In this document: positions 37,431 to 50,693 of the stretch, one piece after another
Position numbering within the stretch: the first letter of the stretch is position 1
Layout: each line of letters begins with the position of its first letter
NCBI RefSeq assembly: GCF_036365525.1
Contig: NC_090404.1
Span: forward strand, 3,782,001 to 3,846,000
Direction of reading: 5' to 3'
DNA length: 64,000 bases
Source: Heterodontus francisci
Lineage: Eukaryota
Translations under genes and position numbers: made by a program
The notes under the pieces: model-generated
The model's database searches: none
Seen by the model: only the letters and a program-made list of their open reading frames with translations
Told to the model about the DNA's origin: nothing

Positions 37431-40214
37431 AATGTAAGCAATCGGGCTTTCACTGACACCTGGTGACTATGTTTGGCCATTGGTCCTAAAGTGAAAAAGT
37501 CGAAGTCAGTTACTATTTCTGATATTAATATACCAAGAAACAACTTGCATTGATGTACAAGATCATCGCCCTCTCTAGGAGGTCCCAAAATGTGCAGTGC
37601 AACTAATCCCAGATGAACGTGGCCGACTTGTGCGCAGAAACATCAGTAATAGAGCAAAGTGGCTGAACTCCTGTTCATGTATTTTTTTTGATCAAAGGGG
37701 TTGTGGCACTTGTGACAGAACCTGCCTCTCGAGGATTGGCCTTCACAGCCATCAGCAAAAGTGAACCAAGAGAAGACACCCCAACTAAATGGATTGTTTA
37801 CTTTGTGTCCATCATTTTTCGTAGATGGAAGGATGTCAAACCATGGTTGAAGGGAGGAATGTTGACAAGGACAGTGTGGGGACCATGGGAGCTTTAATGT
37901 CCACATCAACAGAGAAGGGGGAGGGGAGTTATTATTGGTTCATGAAAGCACCTGAAAGACAGTGGGGGCGATTTTCCCCGATACTGTATGTACTACAGAG
38001 CCTCCAATGGAGCCAAGGTTGGACCTTAAGCTGAAGCATTGCTTAAGCCTGCGTTTGACAGAAGATGCCATCTTGGTAAAGGAGCTGACACTTGCTCTGG
38101 GATCGATCACCCAGAGGATCATTCATCAACCAATTGTCACCAATATCCCCTCTCTCTAAACAACAACCAGCTGATTTGGGAGTGAAAAAAGTTGTCCCAG
38201 AGGTTTTCTGCCCTAGTTAAAGGTACATTACCTTCTACTGTCCATTGGCTGCTGGCAGGTTCAAGAGGACTTTTGAAACCATTCGGCATAATTTCTGGGA
38301 CACTTTTGCAAATTTGCCAACACCCGATCAACATTTATTCTTGGAAAGTCTCGAAGGGCCTCACCCAAAAAGTGTAAAGGTTGTGTGACTTGGCCATATA
38401 GGAATCACAAGGAGAAAGCGAGTGCTTGGTCATAGGCGTCTTTCTGGCCGGGAAAATGTGGGGAGGACTTGAGGCCAGGCAGAGCAGCACTAGCTGCTGC
38501 AGGATAGTGAGACAGGAGGGTGAGGTGGTGACCTTCCCCGCTGCTGGCACAGGACATCCCTCATCCACTGGATCTGGTCCACCAGGACCTACAATGCTGT
38601 GTCTGAGAATCTGTGCACCTACTCAATTGCTTCCAGAGCCATCCTGAAACATGTTACTGTGTGTCAGCCAGGCCACCCCACATTTATAGCAGAAGTGGGT
38701 GCATGGATCCCACGTATTCTGCTTCAGGAAAATTGTAGTTAATCAAAACTTGCGTACTTAATCTGCAGGTCTCTGGATTAGCGACTCGAGGCAAGTTCAA
38801 TTATGGTAATCAGCAATTAGGATCAAAATCGTGTGCTAAATCCAGACATTCAACCAGGGGCTTTTCATTAGCACAGTGCTCATTTAGCCCCTGGTTTCAC
38901 ACTTTCACTAAAATAACCCCCAAAGTGTTTGTTAAATATGCGTGTGTATATGTGTGAAAAACACAACATATTGTTTGCAATTCCACAAATATAAATAATT
39001 ATCTTCACCAATTATTTTTTACCATTTATTTAATTCAAAATGTAATTGAAGACTGAGGGTAATGAACTACCTGTAACTGGCGTGAAGTTAATGAATCTGT
39101 AAATGACTGATTTATTATTTCTCTCGTTTTCAAAGAAATGAAACACTTGCTGCTTTCCAGTTAATTTCACACCATTTCTCGTTTCACAGATTTCATTTTT
39201 AACCTGTTAAGTTCACTATTTCCTCCCCGGTATGTTCCAATAGTTTTTATGATTTAGTTCATTAATAACTGAGGCACAAACTGACATACTGTAAAAAGTG
39301 ACACGGTTTAGTGGTATAAATGGAGATATGACCTATTGCAACAAAAACTGAGACACAGCCTAGCATAACACAAAAAAAACATAGTCTAGTGTAATATAAG
39401 TGGGATATGATTTTTTTGTAATGTAAGTGGGACATGATCTAGTGCAGTAATAACTGAGCAAGGCCTAGTATATTATAAACAGACAAATAGTCTCTGTACT
39501 AATAACTGCACATGGTCCAATGTCGAAAGAAGAGATATGGAAGCAGAGATTTGGTCCAGTGCAATATTAAGCGAGACAGGGCCTAGTGTAATCTGAGCAG
39601 AAGCTTGGTCTATTGTTGTAATAACCGAGAATGGGTTATAAAGAGATGATCTAATGCAGTGCCAACTGAGATAATGTCTAGTGTAACAGAGACAGGTTCT
39701 AGTGGAATATCAGCAGACACTTGATTTAGTCGAGTACTAAAACTGAGGTAGGATCCAGTGCAATCGAAATAGAGACATGGTTTAATTACTGAGAGAGGAG
39801 GTGGTCAAGAGGAGCAAAGAGTAAGATATAGTCTAGTACAGCAACAACTGAGACATAATCTTGTATAATATACTAAGAGGCACAATCTTCTGTATTTAAA
39901 ACTGAGACATGAACATGGTAACATCAACAGAAATAGGGTCGAGTGCAATGTAAACAGAGTCGAGCATAATGTAATGTAATGTGTACTATAAGACCATGTA
40001 TGTGGAACCATTGAAAAGTTACTGCACAGAAGGAGGCCATACAGCCCATCGTGTCTGCACTGGCTGAAAAAACTAGCCGCCGAGTGTTTATATTACACTA
40101 GGTCTTGTCTCAGTTCTCATTGCACTAGGCCACAGACAACTCCGGTAGAAAAATAATGATTATAATAAACTTCTACAAAACACCAGGAGGCCTCAGCGGG
40201 AGTAATGTGTCCAA

Positions 40215-42650
40215 TTCATAGAGTCATAGGATTATACAGCACAGAAAAAGGCCCTTCGGCCCATCGTGTCTGTGACGGCCATCAAGCACCTAACTATTCT
40301 AATCCCATTTTCCAGCAGTTGGCCCGTAGCCTTGTATGCTATGGCGTTTCAAGTGCTCAGCTAAATACTTCTTAAATGTTGTGAGGGTTCCTGCCTCTAC
40401 CGACTCTTCCGGCAGTGTGTTCCAGATTCCAACCACCCTCTGGGTGAAATGTTTTTTCCTCAAATCCCCTCTAAACCTCCTGCCCCTTACCTTAAATCTA
40501 TGCCCATGGTTATTGACCCCTCCGCTAAAGGAAAACGTTTCTTCCTATCTAACCTATCAATGCCCCTCATAATTTTGTATACCTCAATCAATTCTCCCCT
40601 CAGCCTTCTCTGCTCTAAGGAAAACAACCCTAGCCTTTTCAGTCTCTCTTCATAGCTGAAATGCTCCAGCCCAGGCAGCATCCTGGTGACTCTCCTCTGC
40701 ACCCTCTCCAGTGCAATCACATCCTGCCTCTAGTGTGCTGCCCAGAACTGTACACAGTACTCCAGCTGTGGCCAAACTAGCTTTTTATACAACCCCATCA
40801 TAATCTCCCTGCTCTTATATTCTCTGCCTCGGCTAATAAAGGTAAGTATCCCATATGCTTTCCTAACCACCTTATCTACCCGTGCAGCTGCCTTCAGTGA
40901 TCTGTGGACAAGAATACCAAGGTCCCTCTGACCCTCTGTACTTCCTAGGGTTGTACCATACATTGTATAGCCTCTTGCCTTGTTAGTCCTCTCAAAATGC
41001 ATCACCTCACGCTTCTCAGGATTAAATTCCATTTGCCACAGCTCCGCCCATCTTACCAGCCCATCTATATCGTCCTGTAATCTAAGGCTTTCCTCCGCAC
41101 TATTTACGACACTACCAATTTTTAGGTCATCTGCGAACTTACTGATTATACCTCCTATATTCACGTCTAAATCATTAATATCCACTACAAACGGTAAGGG
41201 TCCCAGCATCGATCCCTGCGGTACACCACTGGTCACAGGCTTCCACTCGCAAAAACAACCCTCGACCATTACTCGCTGCCTCTTGCCACCAAGCCAATTT
41301 TGGATCCAATTTGCCAAATTGCCCTGGATCCCATGGGCTCTTACCTTCTTAACCAATCTCCCAAGTGGGACCTTATCAAAAGCCTGACTGAAGTCCATGT
41401 ATACTACAACAACTGTTTTACCCTCATCTATTCATTTTGTCACTGCCTCAAAAAATTCAATCAAGTTCATCAGACACGATCTCCCCCTGACAAAGCCATG
41501 CTGACTATCCCTGATTAATCCCTGCCTCTCCAAGTGGAGATTAATCCTGTCCCTCAGAATTTTTTCCAATAGTTTCCCAACCACTGATGTTAGACTCACC
41601 AGCCTGTAATTACCTTGTTTATCCCTGCTGCTCTTCTTAAATAATGGTACCACATTCGCTGTCCTTCAATCCTCTGGTACCTCTCCTGTGGCCAGAGAGG
41701 ATTTGAAAATTTGTGTCAGAGCCCCTGCAATCTCCTCCCTTGCCTCAGATAACAGCCTGTGATACATCTCATCTGGGCCTGGGGATTTATCCACTTTAAA
41801 GCAGCTGATACTTCCTCCCTTTCAATACTAATTTGTTCAAGTATATCACAATCCCCCTCCCTGATCTCTACACCTACATCGTCCTGCTCCATAGTGAACA
41901 CAGATGAAAAGTAATCATTTAAAACCTCACCTATGTTCTCTGGCTCCACACACAGATTGCCACATTGGTCACTAATAGGCCTTACTCTTTCCCTGGTTAT
42001 CCTCTTGACTTTAATATACTTATAAAATGCCTTAGGATTTTCCTTTATCTTGTCTGCCAGTGTTTTTTCATGTCACCTCTTCGCTCTCCTAATTACATTT
42101 TTAAGTACCCCCCTACACTTTCCATACTCCTCTAGTGCCTCCACTGTTTTCAGCACTCTGAATCTGCCATTAGCCACCTATTTTTAACTGATCCAATCCT
42201 CTATATCCCTTGACATCCAGGGTTCCCTGAACTTGTTGGTTCTACCCTTCACCTTAATGGGTGCAGGTTGGCTCTGAACTCTCACTATTTCCTCTTTGAA
42301 TGATTCCCACTGATCCGATGTCGACTTTCCTACAAGTAGCTGCTCCCAGTCCACTTTGGCCAGATCCTGTTTTATCAGATTGAAATCGGCCTTCCCCCAA
42401 TTCAGTACCTTTCTTTTCGGCTCATCTTTGTCCTTTTCCATAACTACCTTAAATCTTACAGAGTTATGGTCACTATCACCGAAATGTTCCCCCACTGACA
42501 CTTCTACCACTTGTCCGGCTTCATTCCCTAGGATTAGGTCCAGTACTGCCCCATCTCTTGTAGGTCAATGTACATACTGGCACAAAAAGCTCTCTCGTAT
42601 GCATTTTAAGAATTCCACCCCCTTTAAGACTTTTGCACTAAGACTATCCA
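40215..42650 (-). mobile_element. CR1 LINE reaching into the endonuclease domain, degenerate
   Basis: VGEHFGDSDHN (endonuclease end), NYRLVSLTS, DFSQAFDKVP, FADD motifs. Confidence 0.93.
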
Positions 42651-43072
42651 GGGTGCTACATTTTCAAAAGTGGATCGAGGCCTTGGGAAGGGTCCAGAAA
42701 AGATTTTATAAAATGGTACCAGGGATGAAAGATTTCAGTTCTGTGGAGAGGCTGGAGAAACTGAGGTTATTCTGCAGAGAGAAGAGAAGGTTAACAGGAG
42801 ATTTCATAGAGGTGTTCAAAATCATGAAGTGTTTTGGTAGAATGAATAAGCTGAAAACATTTCCAGTGGCAAAAAGGTCCATAACCAAAGGGCACAGATT
42901 CAAGGTAAATAGCAAAGTAACCAAAGCTACATATAAATGACTTGGATCTTGGAATACAGAGTAGAATCTCAAAATTTGCTAATGCACCAAACTTAAAGCT
43001 GTGGCAAACGGTGAGGATGATATGAAGCGTCTGCCATAGGATCTAAATAGGTTAGCAGAGTGGGCAGACAAG

Positions 43073-43424
43073 CGGCAGCACAGTGGCACAGTGGTTAGCA
43101 CCGCAGCCTCACAGCTCCAGAGACCCGGGTTCGATTCTGGGTACTGCCTGTGTGGAGTTTGCAAGTTCTCCCTGTGTCTGCGTGGGTTTTCTCCGGGTGC
43201 TCCGGTTTCCTCCCACAAGCCAAAAGACTTGCAGGTTGGTAGGTAAATTGGCCATTATAAATTGCCCCTAGTATAGGTAGGTGGTAGGGAAATATAGGGA
43301 CAGGTGAGGATGTGGTAGGAATATGGAATTAGTGTAGGATTAGTATAAATGGGTGGTTGATGGTCGGCACAGACTCGGTGGGCCGAAGGGCCTGTTTCAG
43401 TGCTGTATCTCTAAACAAAACTAA
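43073..43424 (+). mobile_element. Full-length HE1-like V-SINE inserted in a CR1 fragment (about 42960-44195)
   Basis: tRNA head, V-domain, CR1-like tail; ACAAG duplicated at 43068-43072 and 43425-43429. Confidence 0.9.
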
Positions 43425-44575
43425 ACAAGTGGTAGATTGAATTTACTACTGTCAAGAGTGAGCTGATGCATTTCGGCAGAAGGAATAGGGAGAGGCAATG
43501 AATACTTAACAGTGCAGTTCAGAAGAGTGCAGGAACAGAGGGACCTGGGGGTGCATGTGTATCGATCTTTGAAGATGGCAGGACATATTGAACGAGTGGT
43601 TAGCAAAGGATATGGGAGGTTATGCTAAACCTGTACAAAGCTCTGGTTAGGTCCCAACTGGAGTATTGCATCCAGTTCTGGTCACTACACTTTAGGAAGG
43701 ATGTGAGGGTCCTTGAGAGAGATTTATCAGAATGGCTCCAGGGAGGGAGGATTTTAGTTAGAAGGTTCGGTTGGAAAAATTGGATTATTCTCCTCGGAAC
43801 AAAGGAGATTGAGGGGAGATTTAATAGGAATGTATACGATTATGACAGGCTTAGGTAGGTTAGACAAGAATAAAACTGTTTGCATGAATGAATGGTACAA
43901 GGACTCGGGGACAGAGATTGAAGGTTTTGATCGAGAGATACAGGCAGAATGTGAAGAGGAACTTTGTTACGCAGCAGATGGTAATGAACTGGAACTCTCT
44001 GCTCACAAGGGTGGTGGAACTGGAGAGAACAAGTGACTTCAAAAGGAAATTGGTTGACCACTTGAAAGAAATAGACTTTCAGGGCTACGAGGATCGAGCG
44101 GTGGAGTGGGGCTGACTGAATAGCGCTGCGGTGAGCAGACATGGACTCAATGGGCTGAATGGCCACTTTCTCTGCCGTTAATGACTCTATAACTCTGGGT
44201 GATATTAGGGAGGCGATAAATGACAGAGCGAATTGTTATCATCTGGAATGCACTGCCTGAAGGGGTGGAGGAAGCACAATGAATAATAACTTTGAAAAGG
44301 GAATTTAATAAATATTTCAAATGAAAAAAAGGTTGCAGGGCTCTGGGGAAATAGCAGACAGTAGTGTAATAATTGGAAGTTTGTTTCAAATCGCTGGTAT
44401 AGTCCTGAAAGGCTGAATGGCCTCCTCAGCTTTATCATTCCAGGAGTATATGATTTACTGGCTCAATTCAACACTGCTTTTTTTACACCTATTGCCAATC
44501 GGTGGCAGTGGCGTACTGGTATTGTTATTGGACTAATAGCTCAGAGCCGCAGGTATTGTTTTGGGGACATGGGTT

Positions 44576-45075
44576 TGACGACACTTCATAAGTACATAAG
44601 CCTTTGAGAGGTCCTGTGGACGTGTAAGATGCTATATAAATGCAACCTTTTTCTTCTGTTCCTTTTTTTTTAATTCTTTCATGGGATGTGGGCGTCACAG
44701 GCCAGGCTAGCATTCATTGCCCATTTATTGCCCATCATCTAATGATGGCCATGAAACCATTGTCGATTGTTGTAAAAACCCATTCACTAATGTCCTTTAG
44801 GGAAGGAAATCTGTCCTTACCTGGTCTGGCCTACATGTGACTCTAGACCCACATCAATGTGGTTGACTCTTGCATGCTCTCGAAATGGCCTAACAAGCCA
44901 CTCAGTTCAAGGGCAATTAGGGATGGGCAATAAATGCTGCCTGGCCTGTGATGCCCACATCCCATGAAAGAATTAAAAAAAAATAAAAGGAACAGAAGAA
45001 AAAGGTTGCATTTATATAGCGTCTTACACGTCCACAGGACCTCTCAAAGGCTTATGTACTTATGAAGTGTCGTCA
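44576..45075. repeat. Inverted repeat, arms about 150 bp, spacer about 200 bp
   Basis: 44576-44723 is a near-perfect reverse complement of 44923-45075. Confidence 0.9.
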
Positions 45076-45504
45076 CCGCTGTAATTTAAGAAATACGACA
45101 TCCAATTTGCACACAGCAGGCGCCACAAACAGCAATGCGATAATGGCCAAGTAATCTGTTGATTGAGGGATAAATATTGTTCAGGACACCGGGGAGAACC
45201 CTCCAGCACATGTTGAAATGGTTCCATGTGATCCTTTGCACCTGAGAGAGTAAACGGCGCCTTGGGTTCATGGACCATTTAATAGACGATATATCTGACA
45301 ATACAACACTCCACTGGAGTACCAGTGCAATTTTTGTGCTCGTGTCCCAGAGGAAGATTTGAAATGGAACCTGTTAACTCAGTGGAGAGAGTGCTACCAA
45401 CAGAGTCACGGCTGATGACCTAGGGCTGTTGCTAATTAAAATATAGGTCAAGGAGGAATAGGTAAATGGAAGTCCAGGCATTCAATAATACACCTTCCAA
45501 AATC

Positions 45505-46490
45505 ACAGATTAGTTACAGTACAGAAGGAGGCCATTCGGCCCATCGTGTCCACACTGGCTCTCTGAAAGAGCAACTTCTTCAGTCCCATTCCTCTGCCTT
45601 CTCTCCATAACCCTGCACATTCTTCCCCTACATATAACTGTCTAATTCCCTTTCGATTGCTTCAATTGAACCTGCCTCCACCACGTTCTCAGGCAGCGCA
45701 TTCCAGATCTTAACCACTCGCTGCCTGAAAAAGTTTTTCCTCATGTCACCTTTGCTTCTCTTACCAAATACTTTAAATCTGTGCCCTCTCGTTCTCGATC
45801 CTTTCACGAGTGCGAACAGTTTCTCTCTATTTACTCTGTCCAGACACCTCATGATTTTGAATACCTCTATCAAATCACCTCTCAGCTTTCTCTTCTCCAA
45901 GGAAAACAGTCCTAACTTCTCTAATCTATCTTCATAACTGAAGTTCCTCATCCCTGGAACCATTCTCCTGAATCTTTTCTGTAGTCTCTCTAATGACCTC
46001 ACGTCTTTCCTATAGTGTGGCGTCCAGAACTGGACGCAATGCTCCAGCTGAGGCGGAACTAATGTTTTATACAAGTTCAACATAATTTCCTTGCTCTTGT
46101 ACTCTATGTCCCTATTAATAAAACCCAGGATACTGTGTGCTTTATTAACTGCTCTCTCAACTTGTCCTGCCACCTTCAATGACTTATGCACATATACACC
46201 AAGTCCCTCTGCTCCTGCACCCCCTTTAGAATTGTACCCTTTATTCGACATTGTCTCTCCATGTTCTTCCTACCAAAATGAATCACTTCACATTTCTCTT
46301 CATTGAACTTCATCTGCCACCTGTCTGCCCATTCTATGTCCTTTTGAAGTTATACACTACCCTCCTCCCAGTTCGCAATGCTTCCAAGTCTCTTATCATA
46401 TGAAAACTTTGAAATTGTTCCTTGTACACCAAAGTCTAAGTCATTAACATACATATATCAGGAAAAGCAAGGGTCCCAACACTGATCCGA
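45505..46490 (-). mobile_element. CR1 LINE 3' fragment
   Basis: ORF 45628-46251 with LEHCVQFW and LFSLEKRKLRGDLIEV motifs. Confidence 0.9.
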
Positions 46491-46524
46491 TATAGATACA
46501 GTAGTGATACCTAGCATAAACGTG

Positions 46525-47425
46525 GATGGTTGTGCTTGTTAGAGGTCAATCATGTCAGCCCCAGGGCATCACTGCAGGAGTTCCTCAGGGTAGTGTCCTC
46601 GGACCAAACATCTTCAACTGCTTCATCAATGATCTTCCTTCCATCATAAGGTCAGAAGTGGGGATGTTCGCTGATGAACACAGTGTTCAGTACGATTCGC
46701 AACTCCTCAGATACTAAAGTAGTTTTTGCTCACATGCAGCAAGACCTGGACAACATTCAGGCTTGGGCTGATAAGTGGCAAGTGACAGGCAGTGACCATC
46801 TCAAACAAAAGTAAATGCAACCATCTCCCCTTGACGTTCAACGGCATTCTATCGCTGAATCCCCCACCATCAACATCCTGGGTGTTAACATTGACCAGAA
46901 ACTTAACTGGACTAATGGTAGAAATACAGTGACTGCAAAAGCAGGTCAGAGGGTAGGAATCCTACTGCGAGTAACTCACCTCCTGACTCCCCAACGCCTG
47001 TCCACCATCTACAAGGCACAAGTCAGGAGTGTGATGGAATACTCTCCACTTACCTCAATGGGTCCATCTCCAACAACACTCAAGGAGCTTGACACCATCC
47101 AGGACAAAACAGCCCAATTGATTGGCACCCGATCCACCACCTTGAGTATTTATTTCCCCCCCCACCCCACCCCAGCGCCAAGGCGTAGTGGCAGCAGTGC
47201 GCACCATCTGCAAGATGCACTGCAGCAACTCGCCTCAGCTCCTTCGGCAGTACCACTGCCGGTTGGTCAAAATCCTGGAACTCCCTTCCTAAGAACACTA
47301 TGGATGTACCCGCACCAGATGGCCTGTTCAAGAAGGCAGCTGGCCAACTTCTCAAGGGCAATTTGGGATGGGCAGCAAATGCTTCCCTGTCCTGTGACCC
47401 TTAAATCCCACGAAAGAATAAAAAA
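46525..47425 (+). mobile_element. CR1-group LINE (second family) fragment
   Basis: AGVPQGSVLGP, FAD and IYKAQVRSVMEYS motifs. Confidence 0.88.
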
Positions 47426-48724
47426 GACTGAGAGGGTGCTGCTGAGCGGAGAGAGTCACTGAGCAGATTGGAGCCCGAATCCGGGACATCACAGGAAGTG
47501 GAGACTGCTTATCAACCAAAGAGGGATGGAAGCAAAGAAACGGAAAGAAGAAATTCTACTGCTCAAAAATTTAACCCCTAGAGTGATATATTACATGGAA
47601 GAAAATATTAGTTTTTTTTATAATAGAAAGGGACAGACTTTTATTTTCAATATAGCGCTATTCACGACGTCAGAACGTTCAAAAGCACCTTACAGTCAAA
47701 AAAGCACCTTGCAGGTGTAGTGGCTGTTCCAATGCAAGAAATATTATTTACACAGTGTGAGGTGAGGATGTTTAATTGTCTGACAGAATGTTTCGCCAAT
47801 CTGACACTTGTGGAGGAGTGAATGGATTTGTCAGTCCAGGAACTTTCCAAATAATTTCATTTTATGTTCAATAATGAAGCAACATCCGGTCAGAAAACAA
47901 TGGATGAAATTGTTTGCCTGTTTGTCTGTTTATGTATTATAAAGTACCATTTTGAACGAAAAAACAAATGTTATCCTTCATCTTTGGACTATACAGTGAC
48001 ATTGGATTAATGAAAAACAATGATTCCAATACTTCATTGTCTCAGTCAACAATGTGGTACCACCTGTACTTTGCTCTCGCTGTAAATACACCGCCGTGTG
48101 CGGTGATACCACACAGAAATATTTGCTACAATCTCCAGCTGTCACCTGTGAAACCACTAAACTGACGGCTCTGAAAGTATTGGACAAAGATGAGGTGCTG
48201 GAGCGCCATCCAGTGGCGTCAGGTAGTAAATGGAATCTTGTCTGTGAAACATTTGGATTCTCAATTTATCAGTGAAACTGCTGCATGTCCATGTTGAACT
48301 ATTATTATGCTAGAGCAGTATAGTTGTCACTGTTTTATTTTACGATTATTGTAACTGCTGCCACTTTATTGTTTGGCTTTTGCTACCGTTGCTATTTTGT
48401 ATTAATTCTCAGATTTCGTGTCTCATTTTTCTGGTATGCCCAAGCCACTAACACATTACATGCTCACCAGCATATATCAGAGGGACTTCACGTTAATAAT
48501 TCCTCAATTCACCTGACTGGATTTTTAATTTCGTAAGAATTGAAGTTTTTCGACCTCTCGAATCATCGAATGCGAAGATCAATCAATATTCAGTAACTCC
48601 ATGACACGAAAGTGATTAGTACTTTGCTGTTGAGGTTTAATCTGTATGTTGGATAAAAACATACATACACACACATATATTATAAATATAAAACATCCCA
48701 ATCGGGAACATCATAAGTTATAAA

Positions 48725-49370
48725 GAGAGCAGAAATCCCTGTACACTGCTCAGTCACACACTCCCAGAGCAGGTACAGTATGGGTTAGATATAGAGGAAA
48801 GCTTCCTGTACACTGTTCCATCAAACACTCCTAGAACAGGTATAGTATGGATGAAATATTGAATAAGGATCCATGTACACTGTTGTATCAAACACTCCCA
48901 GGGCAGGTACATGATGGGTTAGATACAGAGTAAAACTTCCTGTACACTGTCCCATCAAACACTCCCAGAGCAGGTAAAGTATGAGTTAGATATAGAGCAA
49001 AGCCCCCTGTACACTGTTCCATCACTCTAGAGCGGGTACTGTATGGATGAAATATTGAATAAAGATCCATATATACTGTTGTATCAAACACTCCCAGGGA
49101 AGGTACAGTATGGGTTAGATATAGAGTAAAGCCCCCTGTACACTGTCCCATCAAACACTCCTAGAGCACGTACAAATCTCTCTCTGCACTGTCCCAGCAA
49201 ACTCTCTGAGGGCAGGTACATCACGGGTAGATACAGAGTAAATATCCCTCTACAATGTCCCAGCAAACTCTCTGAGGGCAGGTATATCACGGGTTAGATA
49301 CAAAATAAATCTCCCTCTACACTGTCCCATCAATTACTCTCGATCAGATACAGCAGGGGATAATATACAG
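48725..49370. repeat. 67-bp tandem repeat, about 9-10 copies
   Basis: GTACACTG recurs at 48741, 48808, 48875, 48942 and 49009. Confidence 0.92.
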
Positions 49371-49576
49371 AGAGGCTCTGCCTGGATCAGGCAGGATTAT
49401 GCGTGAAATGGTGAAGAATAAACGCTTTTCCAAGTAAACAGCACATATTATTATAATAAATATGACTCTGATGATGCAATTCACTCATTTATTTTACCAT
49501 ATTGCTGATTTTACTTGTATCACACTAGCTTCTGTAACCTGTGAACTGCTCCTCTGTTCACACCCCATGCTGAGTG

Positions 49577-49896
49577 AGTTATTGTACAGGCTCCTTCCCT
49601 CTGTGTTTCACCGTGTCTCACTGCACTGTAATACACTGCAGCGTCCGACAGCCAAGCCGTGCTAACGGTGAGAGTGGTGGTGCCTTTCTCACTGTCCACA
49701 GATATTTTAAACGTTCCCTCAACTCTCTCATCTCTGAATGTGGAGACGAGATACTGAGGAGCTTGATTGGAGAACTGCCGGTACCAGAATATAAAATCAC
49801 CTGTACCGAAAGTAGCGTTGTGTTGCAGAGAAATGGTTTGTCCTTCAGTTCCTTGAAGCACCGACATCTGGAATGTCTCCGAATGATAAGGAACAG
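49577..49896 (-). pseudogene. TCR alpha/delta-type V exon with 23-RSS; both canonical cysteines replaced, no leader found
   Basis: Acceptor ttgacag; ..EGQTISLQHN..IFWYRQ..APQYL..LSDAAVYYSAVR; RSS CACGGTG-23 bp-ACAATAACT (49577-49615). Confidence 0.88.
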
Positions 49897-50119
49897 CTGT
49901 CAAAGCAATATCAATAATTCACATAATGATCTGCACAAGGAGAATTAAATACTAAAATAAAGCAATATTTTGCAGATGCTAGAAATCTGAAATAAAAGCA
50001 GAAAGTGATGGAAATACACAGCAGGTCAGGGAGCATCTGTGAAGAGAGAAGCAGAGTTAATTTTTTCAGGTCTGTGACCTTTCATCAGAACCTCTGTGGT
50101 TGATAGGGAAAAATTGACT

Positions 50120-50259
50120 AATCTACCCATTTCTCTATCTATGTACCTATCTGTTGGTCTATCTATTGATATAGCCATCTATTTATCTATCGATTCACCT
50201 ATTTATAACTATCTATCTATCTATATATTAATTTATCTCTCTCTCTCTCTTGTTCAATG

Positions 50260-50300
<41 letters not shown>

Positions 50301-50345
50301 GTCTATCTATATATTAATTTATCTCTCTCTCTCTCTTGTTCAATG

Positions 50346-50406
<61 letters not shown>
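50120..50406. repeat. (TATC)n microsatellite
   Basis: Direct inspection. Confidence 0.95.
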
Positions 50407-50654
50407 CGGTGTATGTGATACAGTGTTCCATGTCTATCCATCTATTGACTCTGTATTTTGTCCAACCAAACATAGAATACCTTCGCTAACATATTTCGAT
50501 GCACTGTCTCTGTAGTAACAACTATAGGGTGTTGTAACTTTATCCAGATGGAAGTTTGAACGCGGACAATTACTATTTCTGAATATCACTGGCATGTCTA
50601 AAGGACTTAGTTTGGCGAAGGATTAACCGTGTAACGGAGACACGGCAGCAAGCA

Positions 50655-50693
50655 AGATATTGTGCAGCTGGATCCGCTCTTTACCTCACTGTG
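50655..50693 (-). other. 23-bp-spacer recombination signal sequence
   Basis: CACAGTG-aggtaaagagcggatccagctgc-ACAATATCT directly after CATR. Confidence 0.93.

Noticed and set aside
37900-38700. Several short overlapping ORFs
   Set aside because: No recognisable motif or consistent splice pattern; probably an old repeat that I cannot classify.
43073-43150. tRNA gene (also 8110-8188)
   Set aside because: It is the tRNA-derived head of a SINE and continues into the V-domain and LINE-like tail.
49797-49812. FGTG motif as a J segment
   Set aside because: It lies in CDR1 of the V exon, with no upstream RSS or downstream donor.
49897-50654. NAR-TCR cassette (NAR V-D-J followed by a leaderless supporting V-delta)
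   Set aside because: No D or J segment or 12-RSS is visible between the two Vs, and the upstream V is not shortened like an IgNAR V.
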